From NCBI GenBank assembly GCA_001662655.1, contig KV460253.1: DNA of 64,000 nucleotides; one strand, 5' to 3'. The stretch is from Pseudogymnoascus verrucosus. Lineage: Eukaryota. Under the pieces are notes generated by a model. The model worked only from the letters and a program-made list of their open reading frames with translations. It was not told where the DNA came from and ran no database searches. Both the position numbers and the translations under genes were made by a program. Below are positions 49,684-63,004 of this stretch, piece after piece (position 1 is the stretch's first letter; each line of letters starts with the position of its first letter).

Positions 49684-50230
49684 AAGGGGCAAGAGACGAA
49701 ATTAAACCAACAACACGGCAATCCCAGCACCCTACCCCAAACAGCCCAGCGAACATCTGAGATATCCCTAATATCACTCGAGTCCAGCCTCATCCGTAGC
49801 CCATTTTTCCGGATTAATGAAGGTGGAAGGGGCATGTAGGGCGCTATGTTCTTTGAGCCAGAAGAAACAAAATGAAACCGACGACACGAGAATTCCAGCT
49901 TCTACTGACACTAAATAGACCAATAGACCAGCAAACAGGCTGTGGAGGAGGCTGGACTCAACTGATGCTAATATCTCTAGCATAAGTCGAGACCGGCCGC
50001 CTCCACAGCCCATTTTTTGGGACTTGGTGAAGATGGAAGGGCCATCCGTATAGGGAGCCATGTGTTTTTGAGGCAAAAAAGACGGAAAAAAAAACCGGCA
50101 CACGACAGTCCATCCCAGCCTACGGATTCCGAACAGCCCAGCGAACAGCTGATATCCCTGTTGCTAGTCGAGTTTGACCTCGTCCACAGCCCATTTCTCG
50201 GGCTATGTTGGAGTTGGAAAAGCCATGTAG
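49684..50230. repeat. Diverged non-coding tandem array, about 3.5 copies of a 180-210-bp unit
   Basis: The core gcccattt recurs at 49799, 50008 and 50189 with shared flanks (atatc.ct..tcgag before, tggaa..g.cat..taggg.g after). acagcccagcgaaca occurs at 49741 and 50133. Confidence 0.8.
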
Positions 50231-53200
50231 GGAGTCATATTCTCTTCCGAAAACCATTTTGTCCCACGATAGTGAAGAGAATAGGGAAGAGAGAAAGAAA
50301 AAAACAGAAGAGGGGGAGCTTTTAACCTGGAGAAAATAATCAGACCACCAAAATGACGAAAACATCGCAACACTTTCGCGTGACGATAGTTCTGACGCGT
50401 TCCTGAAATAATCGAGAAGTCATAATGATGATCTCCCAATAAACAAAACGCTGCCGCACTGGACCTGGCAACTTTCTTTTTACCCCTTGTCCCTAATATA
50501 AGCATCATGGATTTCATGCACCGCCGTCAATTTAACCCAGTCTAAACACTACGCTTCCCCACTCTCACCTGATATCCATAATATATTTCCAGGCTCGCAA
50601 AACCACGCCGTCTCTTTCGAATATCTCCACTTGAGACGCCGTTTGGGGGTCCGGTGTAAAGTACGTAAGTTATAGCAATGGTGTGTTTGCTATAATATCT
50701 AGATATCATAGCTTAGGCTCTTCATCTCGTCAACAACAAAGGGTCTCTCAGAGCACGTGAGGGCGCGAGCTTCACAGGCACGTGACTAGCCTGTTGATTT
50801 GTGCCTGGTTGATTTGGAAGGAAGGGTCAGGGGAAATCCCCTTTCGGCAAAGATGATGACGTGTCCGGGCATAGAGCAAATGGTGGTGATATATTATTTA
50901 CGACTGATTTCTCTTGATTTTTTTTTCTGCATTAGAAATGCATGGCACGCATTGCATGCGTCTGGATTTCTGAGAGACGAGACACCGCCGGGTAACCAAC
51001 CCTTAGGCGAGGTACAGTACGGCACTGGGACACGAGGGGAAGGGGCCTGGTGCGTGGGGAGCTAATGCGGGGCTATTGTGGTGTGCAGCGCACGGTGCCT
51101 TGCATTGGGTGCATGTGGACTACTGGTGCTTTTTGGGGGGGATATAAATACCTTTGGTGTGGTTTTCTCGTCTTGGGTGTGGGGAGGGAAGTGCGTGAAT
51201 ATTGGATTCGGGGTGGATGATTGCGGTGCTTTTATGGGGTTTTGTACTGTTGGTGTTAGTGGAGGCAGGCGACTGGTGATAGATGATATGATAGATGGTG
51301 TGCGCGCCCGCTGCCCAGTTTTGACTCTTCATATTAGAAGTCGCTGCTGCCTGCCAGCCTTTTGTCGGAGTTGCCGATGATGGATGTAGGAGATAGATGA
51401 TATAGCAATAATAAGATGCAAACGAGTAATCGTATCTAGTTGTTCCTGTTAGCCCGCCCTTGCCGCCTCCCCGGCCACATACGATAGCCTCAGCCACGTA
51501 CGATAGCCTCCTCGTTCTTGTGCTCGTATGATGACATACACACCGACACCGCCCATCCCTCGGTCACCTCCTACTGAATTCCGTGCCTCTCCCCTCGTCC
51601 GATCAAACGGCAAAAGGCACCCCGCTAACAGCCTCATCGCCGCACCGAGATCTAGACAAACACCCGTCGGTCAACGATGCTCATAGCCATCGGCCCCACG
51701 ATGACGCGAACGGCACACTGATCCGGCCGGCCTGGCCAGATCCCCTCTCTGCCAGCACTGGCGTCGACGACGGCTTTGCTCGTCGCCAGGTACGGCGTCG
51801 TGCGTACCGCGACCGGCACAGCATTCCCCATGTGTGCCTGTGTATGTACCTTTTGTGGTGGTGTTGTACAGGAAGTAGGTAGCTAGTAGCGTAAGGTACA
51901 TGCACCCGCCGCGCGCTTCGAGTCATCTGCCCACAGCCAGGAAAGCGGCAGACGAGGCAGGAGCAGCCCAGACCGTCGTGATAATCTAGTAATCGAGTAA
52001 TCGAGTACTACTCTACTCCGTTATTCTCGTGGAGGGAATGTGCGCAATGTGTGCACGATGTCGATGTCAGCGACGACGCGGGCTCGATTCGTTCATTTTG
52101 GTGTGGTTATGATACATTCGTCGTCGACTCTGGTCGGCTGCACGCAGCGGAGGACCCTCATGTCATTGAACTGTCATCTAATGTCATCCCGAAGGAGTGC
52201 ATGTCATCGTGACAACAACGACAACGACGACGCCCTGTAGAACGACGGTCAGTAAGGGGGGGTTAGATCAGTGATGGTAAAGGAGAGAACAAAAGCAAGG
52301 ACAGCCAGATTAGACAGACTGAGGGAGAGCCAGAGATAGAGGCAAAGTGGCGATGGTACTACTAAACATATGAGACAATACAGCAGAGTACTTTACACCG
52401 GCTCTACCTTGGAGATCCAGTTGAGGGTGTACTTACCAAACGTATGAACGTATGAATATCCAACTCTTAAGTATTACGCCGCAAGAAACAATCCAATCCG
52501 CGTTCAGTGTTTGCGACTGCTGGCTGCACATCGTACTGTGTTTGGCATGCTTGGCTGTTGTCTGACTATGTTTGTATACTCAATCATGTATACTCAATCA
52601 TGAATGGTGCTTACCATAGAATACGATAATGAAATCCCCACCCGGCCTGGCGGTCATTGTCGACGATGATCCAGTGTCATTCGAGTATTTCGAGTCTTGT
52701 CAACTTTTGTGGTAGTTGTACCCCCCTAATCCTCGTCAACGCCCCTCGTTCGCTCCTTCCCATACCACCCCTCCTTCATTCTCGTCATCCCCCTCGACCC
52801 CCTCACCCCCCTACCACTCCCCTACCACCCCCCTCACCTCCCCCTCATCTTTGCCACGCCTCTTTCCCAGATCTCGCCCATCACCCGCACTTCGCCGTTC
52901 TTGGCGCCCTGTCTATCAACACACCCTTTGGGAAACATGTAGGAACATGTAACTCGGAAGGAGTAAAGGGAAAGGGCAGGAACATACGGAAGGAAGCCAG
53001 GGAATATAGGGAGCTTACATACAGTACGCATAGAGTGAGGGAACACGGAAACACACAACGGGACTTGCGGAACACAGGCAACTTAGGGGAATATAGGGCT
53101 GGAACGTTACCATCGTCGCCGTCATTACCATTACCGACAAACAAAAACCATATTACACATCACCAACTGCCAACAAACAAACTACCAGCCAGTACCAACC

Positions 53201-54734
53201 AACTCCTCCGACTACTCCTCGATCGTACCTCACTCCCTCCCGTCATTCTCCCTAAGCCGTCCATCCTTGCTCTTTCCCCCTTCTTTGCTCCTTGCCCCTT
53301 CCTCCTTACTCTTTGCCACCTTGTTATCAGTACCATCACCACAACTATCACTACTTCCATCACTACCACCATCACCACCAACTTTCTCTGCATTCTTCCA
53401 TCGTCACATCACATCACCTCATACACGAACCAACAACCTCCCTATCACTCTTCCTGCCCTACCCCTTGGTCCCTCGCCATTCCCCTCGCGGCATCTCCTG
53501 CCCTCGCCGCCCCGATCAACCCTTCCCTAGGTGTCTTACGACATCAAAACGTACCATCCTCTATTGCGGTACCTAAGACATCGTTCGACGAGCCACGGTT
53601 CGGTGTGCCACGATTGCTGAGACTAAAAACCACGCCGCTCTTCTCTTAAGCCATCCAACTGCTGAGAAATAGAAAAGTGTCGAAGACAGCTGTTGCATTG
53701 GATCATTTCATCTGCCCACCTTGCTACTAGCCTACCTATATCTATCTATCTACCTTGCATACCCTACCTCTCCCTTTCCATCCTGACGACATTTTTATCA
53801 TCTTTTTATTCAAATATCAACCTATTCTGCCATCATTATACATCACTATCCTTCGATACCCACCATATCCGCCATTGACCATCACACTTGCTGTCACGGT
53901 ACGCTGTATACCCAAACGACAGCAAACTCGGGATAACAACGGCGTTCACGATCGTTGCCTTGCGACCTGCCTCGCCAATCCTTTGCGACTTGCGACCTGC
54001 CGCTTGTGACTACGAAACTTGGCTCCTCGTTCATTCCCACCGCTCCGTCGCGACCAACTATACCACCATTCATCCTCATTCTCGGTTCCTGTGTAATGTT
54101 GGTGCGCATCACTCCCTCGGCCGAATCAATCTGAAACGTCCAAAACTCGTTGGTGTTCTGACCAACGACCCACCAAAGAAACAGCGTCCCCCACACAGTC
54201 CGATCAATCCTTATCGACGGCTCTTCGGACACTGCCCTCTCCCCTCCCCTCCTCCACCACCCCCCCCCCACATACACACCATCATAGCTCTTCCCCACTG
54301 CGTCGTGGACAGACGTCGGTCGTCGACATCGCATCCCCTCACCGCCGTCGAAACACCCTCCGTTGAACGTCATTCCACACGTCGAGCCTGTCATACACAA
54401 CAACTACGGTCAGCCGTAGGCAGGCGCTGACAAAGCTACACTTCATCCCGTACCTACCAACTTCGAGCCAAGGTTGCGCCAGCCCTGGGTTGTGGCCGCT
54501 CCTGGTCCCGCGGTTGACTTTGGATATGACAGCCTACACCTACATGTGGCTCCCAACAAAGCTCTTGACCCACTGAACGACAAGTCTTATACCTCAGGAG
54601 ACGCTCCTCGAGCCTTCGACCTCGTGCCATAAGATCGTCCCATCTCGTCCGGTCGAAGGCGGGATAATCTACACGACCCGGAAGCGAGGCAACCCATTTC
54701 CAGCTGGGTGGCGACACAATACATACACCTGGTT

Positions 54735-56973
54735 ATGGCAGCGTTTCAATCTGTCAATGCGGCCTTGACCCCCCCGAGGTCCTTTTTAAAGCAAGAGGAC
54801 GGGCCGTCGGCCGCAACAGAACACAATGCTGGGCCAAGTTCCGCCGGTCCATCGACGTCGAAACTGGACGATGCAAAGACACCTACCAAGTCTAGCTTCG
54901 CGGCCTTACCGTCGCATAATGACTCCAAGGCAGGGGAGCCCTCATCGGCCGCCAGCACTTCGGAGTTCAAGAAGGCCGCAAAGCGCGAGAGCGCACAGTA
55001 CTCGATGAAGTCGCGAGATTCCGAAGATGTAGATATGGACGACTCGGATGGAGATGATGATGGGTCGGATGAGGATAGCGTAGCTGCGGATGGGACGCGG
55101 TCGACGAAAAAGAAGAAATCCCAACGATTTTTCTGTACAGAATACCCACCTTGCAATTTGAGTTTTACTAGGAGCGAGCATTTAGCACGGCATATACGGT
55201 TCGTCAAGCTCATTTTCTTTTGGCCATGCGCCAGCGAACCTCGAGGCTAATATGTTACATAGAAAACACACCGGGGAACGCCCCTTCCAGTGCCACTGTT
55301 CACGGCGCTTCTCGCGGCTTGATAACCTACGACAACATGCCCAGACCGTTCACGTAAACGAGGATATCCCCGGCGACTCGCTCGCAGCTAGCAGTACGCG
55401 GTTCCAACGTCAGATACGGTCCGATCGTGTAAGGCCCGCAGCTAATCGCTCGCGGGCGAGCACGTCGAGCACTCAGCCCGGGCAGCCTCGAGGCCATACA
55501 AGGAATTCCCTGTCAGCCTCGAGTATCGGGTCCATCTACGCGGGTCGTGAGGATCCACGTCGCAGGCCGGCGCCACTCATCATGGCCGGCGACCCGCGGT
55601 CAAGGGTTTCGTTCGATAGCTATGCGTCTACGGAGGGCCCCTATGTATCGTCGAGTGGCTTCGTCAACAGTGGTTTCAACACTCCTACGTCATCACGGTA
55701 CTCGGGGGGTTATGACAGTTCGCAGTGGAGCTCGGCCATGGGATCACCAGTCCGCGGCCATTCCAGAACGGCAAGCATGTACTCGGAACGTCGAATGGCT
55801 GGTCGCCGCCTATCCGTGCCGTCCTCAGAGAACCCTTTCGGGCCCCAAGGCTTTGGGCCGTCGTCGTTCGGACAGTCAACGCTCGCACCACTGAGCTCTG
55901 GCAGCCAGGAGTCCTTCTCGCCATCAGGAAGCATTATGGCAAGCCCAACTTCGTCCGTAGGCTCGTCATGGTCGAGGCGGGAGTCCCTCGCCAGTGCCGC
56001 TGATGACTATCGCCGCCGTACGTGGCACCACCCTGAGTCGCAGCCGGGCTTTACTAGTAGGCTGCAAAATGTTATGTCTTCTACCTCCCACCGCCCCACT
56101 CCCCCGGCATCAGTTGCCTCCGCAGCCAGTGGTCAGATCACCCTCCCCGGAATCGAATCCTTCCTATCACGTCCTGTGACCCCACCCCGCCGTAACCCCT
56201 CGCCAATGGAACTCGACACGCCGACCCGTCCTGAGTACGCCTGGTCTGACGACCGCTCTATCGCTGCTGCCAGACAATGGGACTCTAGCCTTCCACATAA
56301 CTTTACGCGCCTCGAGATTGCCCAGCAAACATCCCGTCCCGATGATGCCAGCGCCTGGGCTACAGACGCTACACGTGCCGTGCAGGAGCGCGCAGCGCAA
56401 CAGTCACAAGTGTCTCCTCGCCCCCAGCCGCGCGTAAGTTTCAGCACTACGACCTACCCAGCCCAAGAACCCCCACCCCGGCACCCAAACCACCACATTA
56501 GTGCCCCGCCCCTAACTCCGCGCGACTCCAAGAGACAGGGTTGGTATGCGGGACCGTTGCCGCAGCGCCAGCGCCCGTCTCCGGAAGGGGGGTCCAGTAG
56601 TTCCGATAACGGAATTCCTGGGACGCCGCGCATGGCGGGGCATGGGGATTACGGGCCCGTGATCGTCCAGCAACCCAGTGGGGGGTGGGACGAGCGCGAT
56701 CGGGAGGGCCAGCGGGCGGCGGGAGAGCAAGGGGGGCAGATGCGGCAGGAGCAGGGACGAGGTGGAAACGGGCCGGGTCAGGGACAGGGGCAGGGTCAGG
56801 AGTTTAAAGGGGGGATCCCGGCGGCGATAGGGCAGGCGTATGCGGCGTACGGGGCCGTGACGTTGCCGCCGCCGGTGGAAGCGGTGAAGGCTGATGATGG
56901 GATGTTACGCCTAGAGGCGCTTGTGGCTGTGGCGACAGGGGAGAGTGGTAATAATGCGGCAGCAGCGTATTAG
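54735..56973 (+). CDS. nsdC: C2H2 zinc-finger developmental transcription factor (NsdC / yeast Usv1-Rgm1 family). Exons 54735-55198, 55263-56973
   Basis: [65 protein letters not shown]-terminal LEALVAVAT. The orthology call is from recall of the family motif. Confidence 0.85.
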
Positions 56974-58174
56974 GACGTTCTTGTCCTATTGTCCTAGCTG
57001 CCGTGCCACCTCTCCCTCGTCGTCTTGTCGCAGTCGTCCCTTCTGCGTCCCCTGTTAGGGGGCTGCAAAATAGAAGGAGGGAAAGGATTTGTGCAGACGG
57101 ATGAATAAAGTCAAGAAAGAGGGGGGATATAGGAAAAGGAAGGAACCGGGAGCGGTTCTGGATTCTAAATATGACTTACATGATCCGATCTGGGCACATC
57201 CCCCGGCCTCCATTACACGATTTTTTTACAGTGTTTGGAAGAGGATAGGAAGACAGATGGGGTCTGCTTTCCTTGGCCGGGTTTTACACATTAATTTTCC
57301 TTCTCTTGGCGTTATGATTTTAACGACCTTGATATTCTCATGCTTGTATTTTTTCCCATATTATTTTTCTTTGGGATAACGAGCCCTCCTCCAACTACGA
57401 GTCCCACTTGGTCTGGAACGGACATGGTCGCAACCGCGCGTCAGCTCCGCAATACGTACAATTCACTGCGCTGTACATAACAAATCCCTCCACCTCCGCG
57501 CTGGAACCCTCAACCTCAACGCTCCGTCGGTTCTCCCAAACTACACTCGCTTCTCGGCACTTGTATGTTTCCTTTTTTGGGAGGTTTTGGGTTTTTGGCG
57601 AAGGTGGTAGGAGGTCAGACTGGGTGGGATTTTAGGTTCTGGGTTTTGGGGGTCTTTCCTTTGGTTTGTCTCGCAGGATTTGGATATACCCAGTTTACTT
57701 TCGTTTACGATCGTCCGCCCCTTTCTCTGGGCGAGGCTATAGCTAGGGAGGGGGAATGCATGGGCGTTAATTTGGGAGGAGGATGGGGGTTGGGTGAGGC
57801 TGTGGCGTGGTGGTGGTGTGTGTAATGAGGTGTGGGATCAGGTGAACCATCCGGTGATAGTCGGTGCCAAAAGCGCGCGACGGGTATGATGTTATGAAAG
57901 GGGCCAGCGGGGAGTATTTGTTAGTAGCATGAAGGTTATGTTGTTGTGGATTAGTATTTGATGGCTTGCGTGCGAGTGTCTGTGTACGTATTTAGTAATC
58001 CAAGGCCAAAGTTTGGGATCAAGACCCACGTACCAAGAAAGGTAGTTGTTGCATAGAGATCAAAATCAAAATTTTATATTCGTAGACGTTATGACTCCCC
58101 GACTCCAGCGCTTATTGCAATATCGACATCCCCTCGCTACGCATCAATGGCACTTTCACCTTCCCTGCTTCCCA

Positions 58175-59013
58175 CTACTCATCCCCCACTAACCTCACTC
58201 CCCCCCTCATCCCCCCCACCCCCTTAATCCCCAACCCCTCCCCCTCCCTCTCTCTCTCCCTCTCCCTCCCCTCCCTCTCCTCCCGCTCCCCCACCAGCGC
58301 CTTAAAATACACCTCCGCCGCCACCGTAGCACTATAACTCACCGCCGTCCAACTCCACGCATTCCTCCTCTCATGCTCCGCCCCCGCCGCCACCAGCGTC
58401 CTCAGCACCAATAACTGCCCGTTCGCGCTCGCGAAATGGAGCGCCGTGTTGCCGTCTGCGTCTTGTGCGCGCAGGAGCGCTCGCGCGGGGGTGAGGTTGG
58501 GTTCTGCTGCTAGTTCTGCTGCGGAGGGGGAGGGGGCGTGGGTCAGGATGAGTTGCACGCAGGTGTCGAATCCGTTTGCAGCAGCGAGCATGAGGGCGTC
58601 GCGACCACGACTATCCCGCTTCCCTATCCCCCCCGCATCCTTCGATTCGAGAAGCGCATGCACGATCTCCGCGTGTCCGTTCTTCGCAGCCAGCATAAGC
58701 GGGGTCTGGTGGAGGGTATTCAGACTTATCCCCCCTGCTTCGTGGCCCAGGGACAGGAGAAGCTGGGTTATGGGGAGGGAGGGGAGGGAGGCGGCTAGGT
58801 GGAGAGAGGTGTTGGAGAGGCCAGGGGGGGAGGGGGTGAGGTCGGGGTTTTGGAGGAGGTGCGGGTGTGTGCGGAGGATGCGGCGGGTTATGGGGAGGGA
58901 GTGCGTGTGGATTGCGCGCCGGAGGCGGAGGGATGGATCGATCCTGGAGGGGGTTAGAAGGGGGGATTCTTGAAGGTGGGGGGGGTGAGCGGTGGGAAGG
59001 GGGGCGCGTACAT
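58175..59013 (-). CDS. AVO2: Ankyrin-repeat TORC2 subunit AVO2-like, 256 aa. Exons 59013-59012 (AT) and 58943-58175
   Basis: Spliced N-terminus MIDPSLRLRRAI...RRILRTHPHLLQNPD, NTSLHLAA, GHEAGGISLN..QTPLMLAA, GNTALHFAS: matches the Avo2 N-terminal pattern. Confidence 0.85.
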
Positions 59014-60587
59014 TGTGGTTGCGTGATCATTGTAGGGTTTGTGGTGGTTTCTGGGTGGTTGGAGGTGAGCTTGTGTCTTGTGGGTGTTTGATTTCGGAGG
59101 ATTTGGTGGCGTTGAGTTGTTTGTTTGTGTTTGTGTTGTGTTGTTTATGTTCTGGAGACGTTAGGTGTCGTGGGCTGATTCGGGGTTTGAGAGCTATATT
59201 GGTCTTATCGGTTGTTCCCTGGTTGACCCCTTCGTTATCGTAGTAAGCCCCGGCCCCGCTCCCGCCCCCACTGTAGCGAAGGCTCCGCCGCAGACCAAGG
59301 TTAGATCAGATCGCGCGACGCTATTTTATAACCCTGAACCAAGAATATGGACGGTGATGAATGATACGATATTTCCAGGGGCAGGGCAGGGCAGGGGATT
59401 TCTTCAAAACCTCAAACTCTATCCCCGCATTCTAATTGTGAAGTGAAATCGTGGGAACACTTGGTGGGGGGTTTTGCCCTTAACCTTTCTATTTTTGGCA
59501 CAATTCACTGGTCGCACAAACGTTCTCATAAACGTATGATGGTAACTTACAACAGTTTTGGGTTCTTTGGAGATATGTTCATAGGCACGGTTTGGGAAAT
59601 AGAGAGACTTCGTCATGAATAATATCAGGCGTCACATTCCCACGAGATCTACGTTGAACGCAAAATATGCATCCCTATATTATTTCTCGGAGTCTAAAGG
59701 GGAATTTACAGATCAAAGACGGATACACGATTAAAACGACAGTATATATTATGTCCAAGCTCCAGGACCATGAATATCTGTTCTTCACGCTCTAGAAACC
59801 ATACACCATCAACACCACCGTGATTATTCTTGCAATTCTGTCACCGCTATCATAGTGCTGTCGTTGCAACCCTGCTGTCGTCGTTCCACCTCCCGCTGTC
59901 ACTGTCGTCAGATTTCCCTGTCACCGTCATGATCCTGCCGCCGGAGCAAGGTCACATCTTGACCTTCTCCTTGGTTGACGAGTTCTCTCAAAATTATATT
60001 CCTGTTACAGCCAAGGGAGCGAACCCACATGCTGGCTGGGACTCGTTTAAATGGCAGATGGCTAATAAGAGAGATTCATGGGTCTTGAACTTACCTTTAT
60101 ATATGATGCGAGGCTCATCACACATGTATTACTGAATTCAGGCAGCTTCCGGTACGAATGTGGGTCGTTTCGTAGAGGGTGGTAGGTGAGTTTTATGAGT
60201 TGGTGTGAATTAGAAACTATCCCCTAGTGTTTTACCATACCTTAGAATATTTCTGGCCCGTATCTAGATGCTCGAAGTTCAGATGAATGATAGCGTGTGG
60301 TTGAACAAGTGAGGTACAACCTTCACAAATCTGAAGGCAGTCAATAAGACGTCACAAAGATGCGCCGAAAAACGACCTGGTTGAAAGCCACTGCATTGTT
60401 GGAAACTAAACCTCATCCCAACCACAAAATCCCACGCATCACCATGGTCCTCAACCTCCGCCGCCGAAAAGCAACCCTAAAATTACACTCCCCCCAAACC
60501 CTCAACGCCCTTTCCCACATCCCTTTAAGAAAACAAAGCAAACGCCCTCCTTCCCCCTCCACGCCCTACATCTTCACAAACCCCTCA

Positions 60588-62643
60588 TCACAAATCCGCC
60601 TTCCCCCCCGTAACCTTACTAGCCTGCACCGCGCTCATTTTCGCGATCCAGCCCTGCGCGGGAAGGAACTTGCGCACGGTGCGGATCTCATCGGACGCGT
60701 AGCCGGGGATGCGGATGTTGTAGTTGCGCTCGAGGATGAGCTGGATGTCGCGGATCTCGAGGGTCTTGGAGCCGCGCGCTTTGGCGCACTTGCAGGCCGC
60801 TGTGATGACTTGGTCGACGAACTCGTCGGCGACGGAGAGGACGCACTGGGGTGGGTGGGTTAGCTGGTGTGTGTGGGAGGGGGATGGGGTGGTAGGTTGG
60901 GGGATGTGTTGTGGGAGGTGAGAAAATTGAGGGGTTGGTGGTGATTTAGGGTAGATCGGGCAGTATTCTGAATGGAAAAGCAAAACTCACATCTTCAACC
61001 TCCGGCGTAAGCCCCTCCGAATTATCCAACCCCTCCCCCCCGCCCGTAACTTGCCTTATAAGCTCATCCAGCTTCCGTTTATTAAGCACCCTCTCGGCAT
61101 CCCCCTCCACATTAAACCCCGGCGCCTTCTGCATAACAGGCTGCTGCATAAGCCCACTCCCACTCCCCGACGGTCCCCCCGAATACGTCGGTCGCGTAGG
61201 AGGCATCTGCATCGGATGCGGCGACTCCGTCGCTCTCGGCGGAAGAATTTTCGGAATCGGCATCAGGTTCGTCTTTATATTCGGCGCGTCGCGAGGAAGC
61301 GAGGGGGGGTGCGAGTGGCTCGCCATCACGCTCGCCTGTCCCGTGCTAGCCTGGCTACTGGAATACGTGCGAGCAGCGTGCGCTACTGCATCAGAGTGCG
61401 TGAGTGGCTTGGGGGGCCCAACAGACGTTGCTTGGGGGGGGACGGCGGATTGTGGTGAGTTCTGCGCGGGTTGTTGACGGTTCTGCATCTGCTGGATGTG
61501 CGGGGCTGTTGCGAGCGCGGTGTTCACATGGGGAAGGCCGCCAGGAGGAGCAGTCGCACTTTCCGTTTTTATGGCCGCACCACCACCTTGCACATTTTGC
61601 GCTGCGGGCATGCTGGCCGCGTTTGCTGCACCTATTGGTTGACTCTGGTTTTGTTGTTGCTGTTGCTGTTGTAACTCGTTCTGCTGGTTTGGGGGAGGGG
61701 CACTGGGACGGCCGCCGTTGACTTGCTGGTTTCGCCCTGCTTGCATTGCGGCCTGCACTGCTTCGGTTTGCGCCATCGCCTGGCTCTGTGCGGGCTGTTG
61801 GGTGTTCATTGTTGGGCGGGGAGGGATTGCGATGCCCTGCGGTGGGTGGGAGGGTTGCTGCTGGGCCTGCGAGCCACCTGCTGCTTGTGCTGCTGCATCC
61901 GATTGTTGTCTCCGGAACTGATCAACGAAGCGCTTTGCATCGCCGTGGTTCTTCTGGAACGCCTCCTTCTTGATTTGTAACTCTTTCTGCTCTTCTGGCG
62001 TTAAGGGTTTCCCGCCCTGTGTCCTCACAGCCACCTGCGCCTCAAGTCGTTTGACTCCACTCGCCGTGTTCTCCATCGTAAGAAGCGCCTTCAGGTATTT
62101 TCCCTTTATCTCTTGAATCCACTGTGCCGCCTCTGCAGGACCTAAGGTTGATGGCGCAACGTATGGGAATGAATTCACATGGTTCCGCATGTTTTCGGAT
62201 ACAGGTGGTCTCGCTGGGGCAGTTTGGGCGGTGGGCTGAGGCTGGGATGGAGGTGCAGAACCATCAGCTTGAGATTGCTGTGAAGGAGCCTGACTAGGTG
62301 GTCGCTGCTGATTTGGGTTGACCTGTGGTCGATTCGCAGTCGCCTGCATCTTATTGTGTAGAGTGACGGAGAAGTCGCGGATCTTCTTTGCCGCATCGCG
62401 ATGCGCCTGGGTGTCGGGCGGGTTCGCCTCTATCTGCCTGTATAGCATGGCAAGGCCATTTTCCCACTTCTTCTTCTCTTCTATACTGAATTTATCGGGA
62501 AGCGCGCGCATGTGCTCTGGCTTGAAGAGCATACGAGGTTGTGCCTGTTGCTGGGGCTGTTGCTGCTGGGGAGGCTGTTGGAGAGACTGCTGGGGTGATT
62601 GCTGGGGTGGCTGCTGCCCTTGGGGATTCTGGAAGCCGTTCAT
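60588..62643 (-). CDS. TAF12: TFIID/SAGA subunit TAF12. Exons 62643-60991, 60845-60588
   Basis: Q-rich N-terminus; histone fold [15 protein letters not shown]...[53 protein letters not shown]. Confidence 0.95.
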
Positions 62644-63004
62644 TGTCGCTGTCTGATAGTATGAATTCTATGTGATAGCGAAGTGAATAGTTTGGGTTGT
62701 TAACCCCGGCTCATCTGCGGCAGTGATTTAATGTCGAGAAATGAAGTTCGATGGTCTCACGGCCTCTCGCCATCGCGGTATCTCGATGGAGCTAAACTAC
62801 ATACAGCGACTAAGCACTCACCGCCTTTGGCTCCAAGTAACAATTCAAATGGCAACCGCGGCAACAGTCAAACAGCGCATATATCATGTGCATTGGATCA
62901 TAACTTGGGTATCAATTCGTATATATTAAAGAAGCGTCAACAAATGAGCATTTGCTGATGTTGTGTTGAACGCGGTGCACCCACACCCCGCACATTGACA
63001 CGTA

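Noticed and set aside
49684..50230. CRISPR-like interpretation of the tandem array
   Set aside because: Eukaryotic context, units are long and diverged along their whole length, no unique spacers and no cas genes.
52657..53649. 330-aa ORF upstream of nsdC
   Set aside because: Non-ATG start and low-complexity translation of C/T-rich and (ACC/ACT)n leader sequence; more likely promoter or 5'-UTR.
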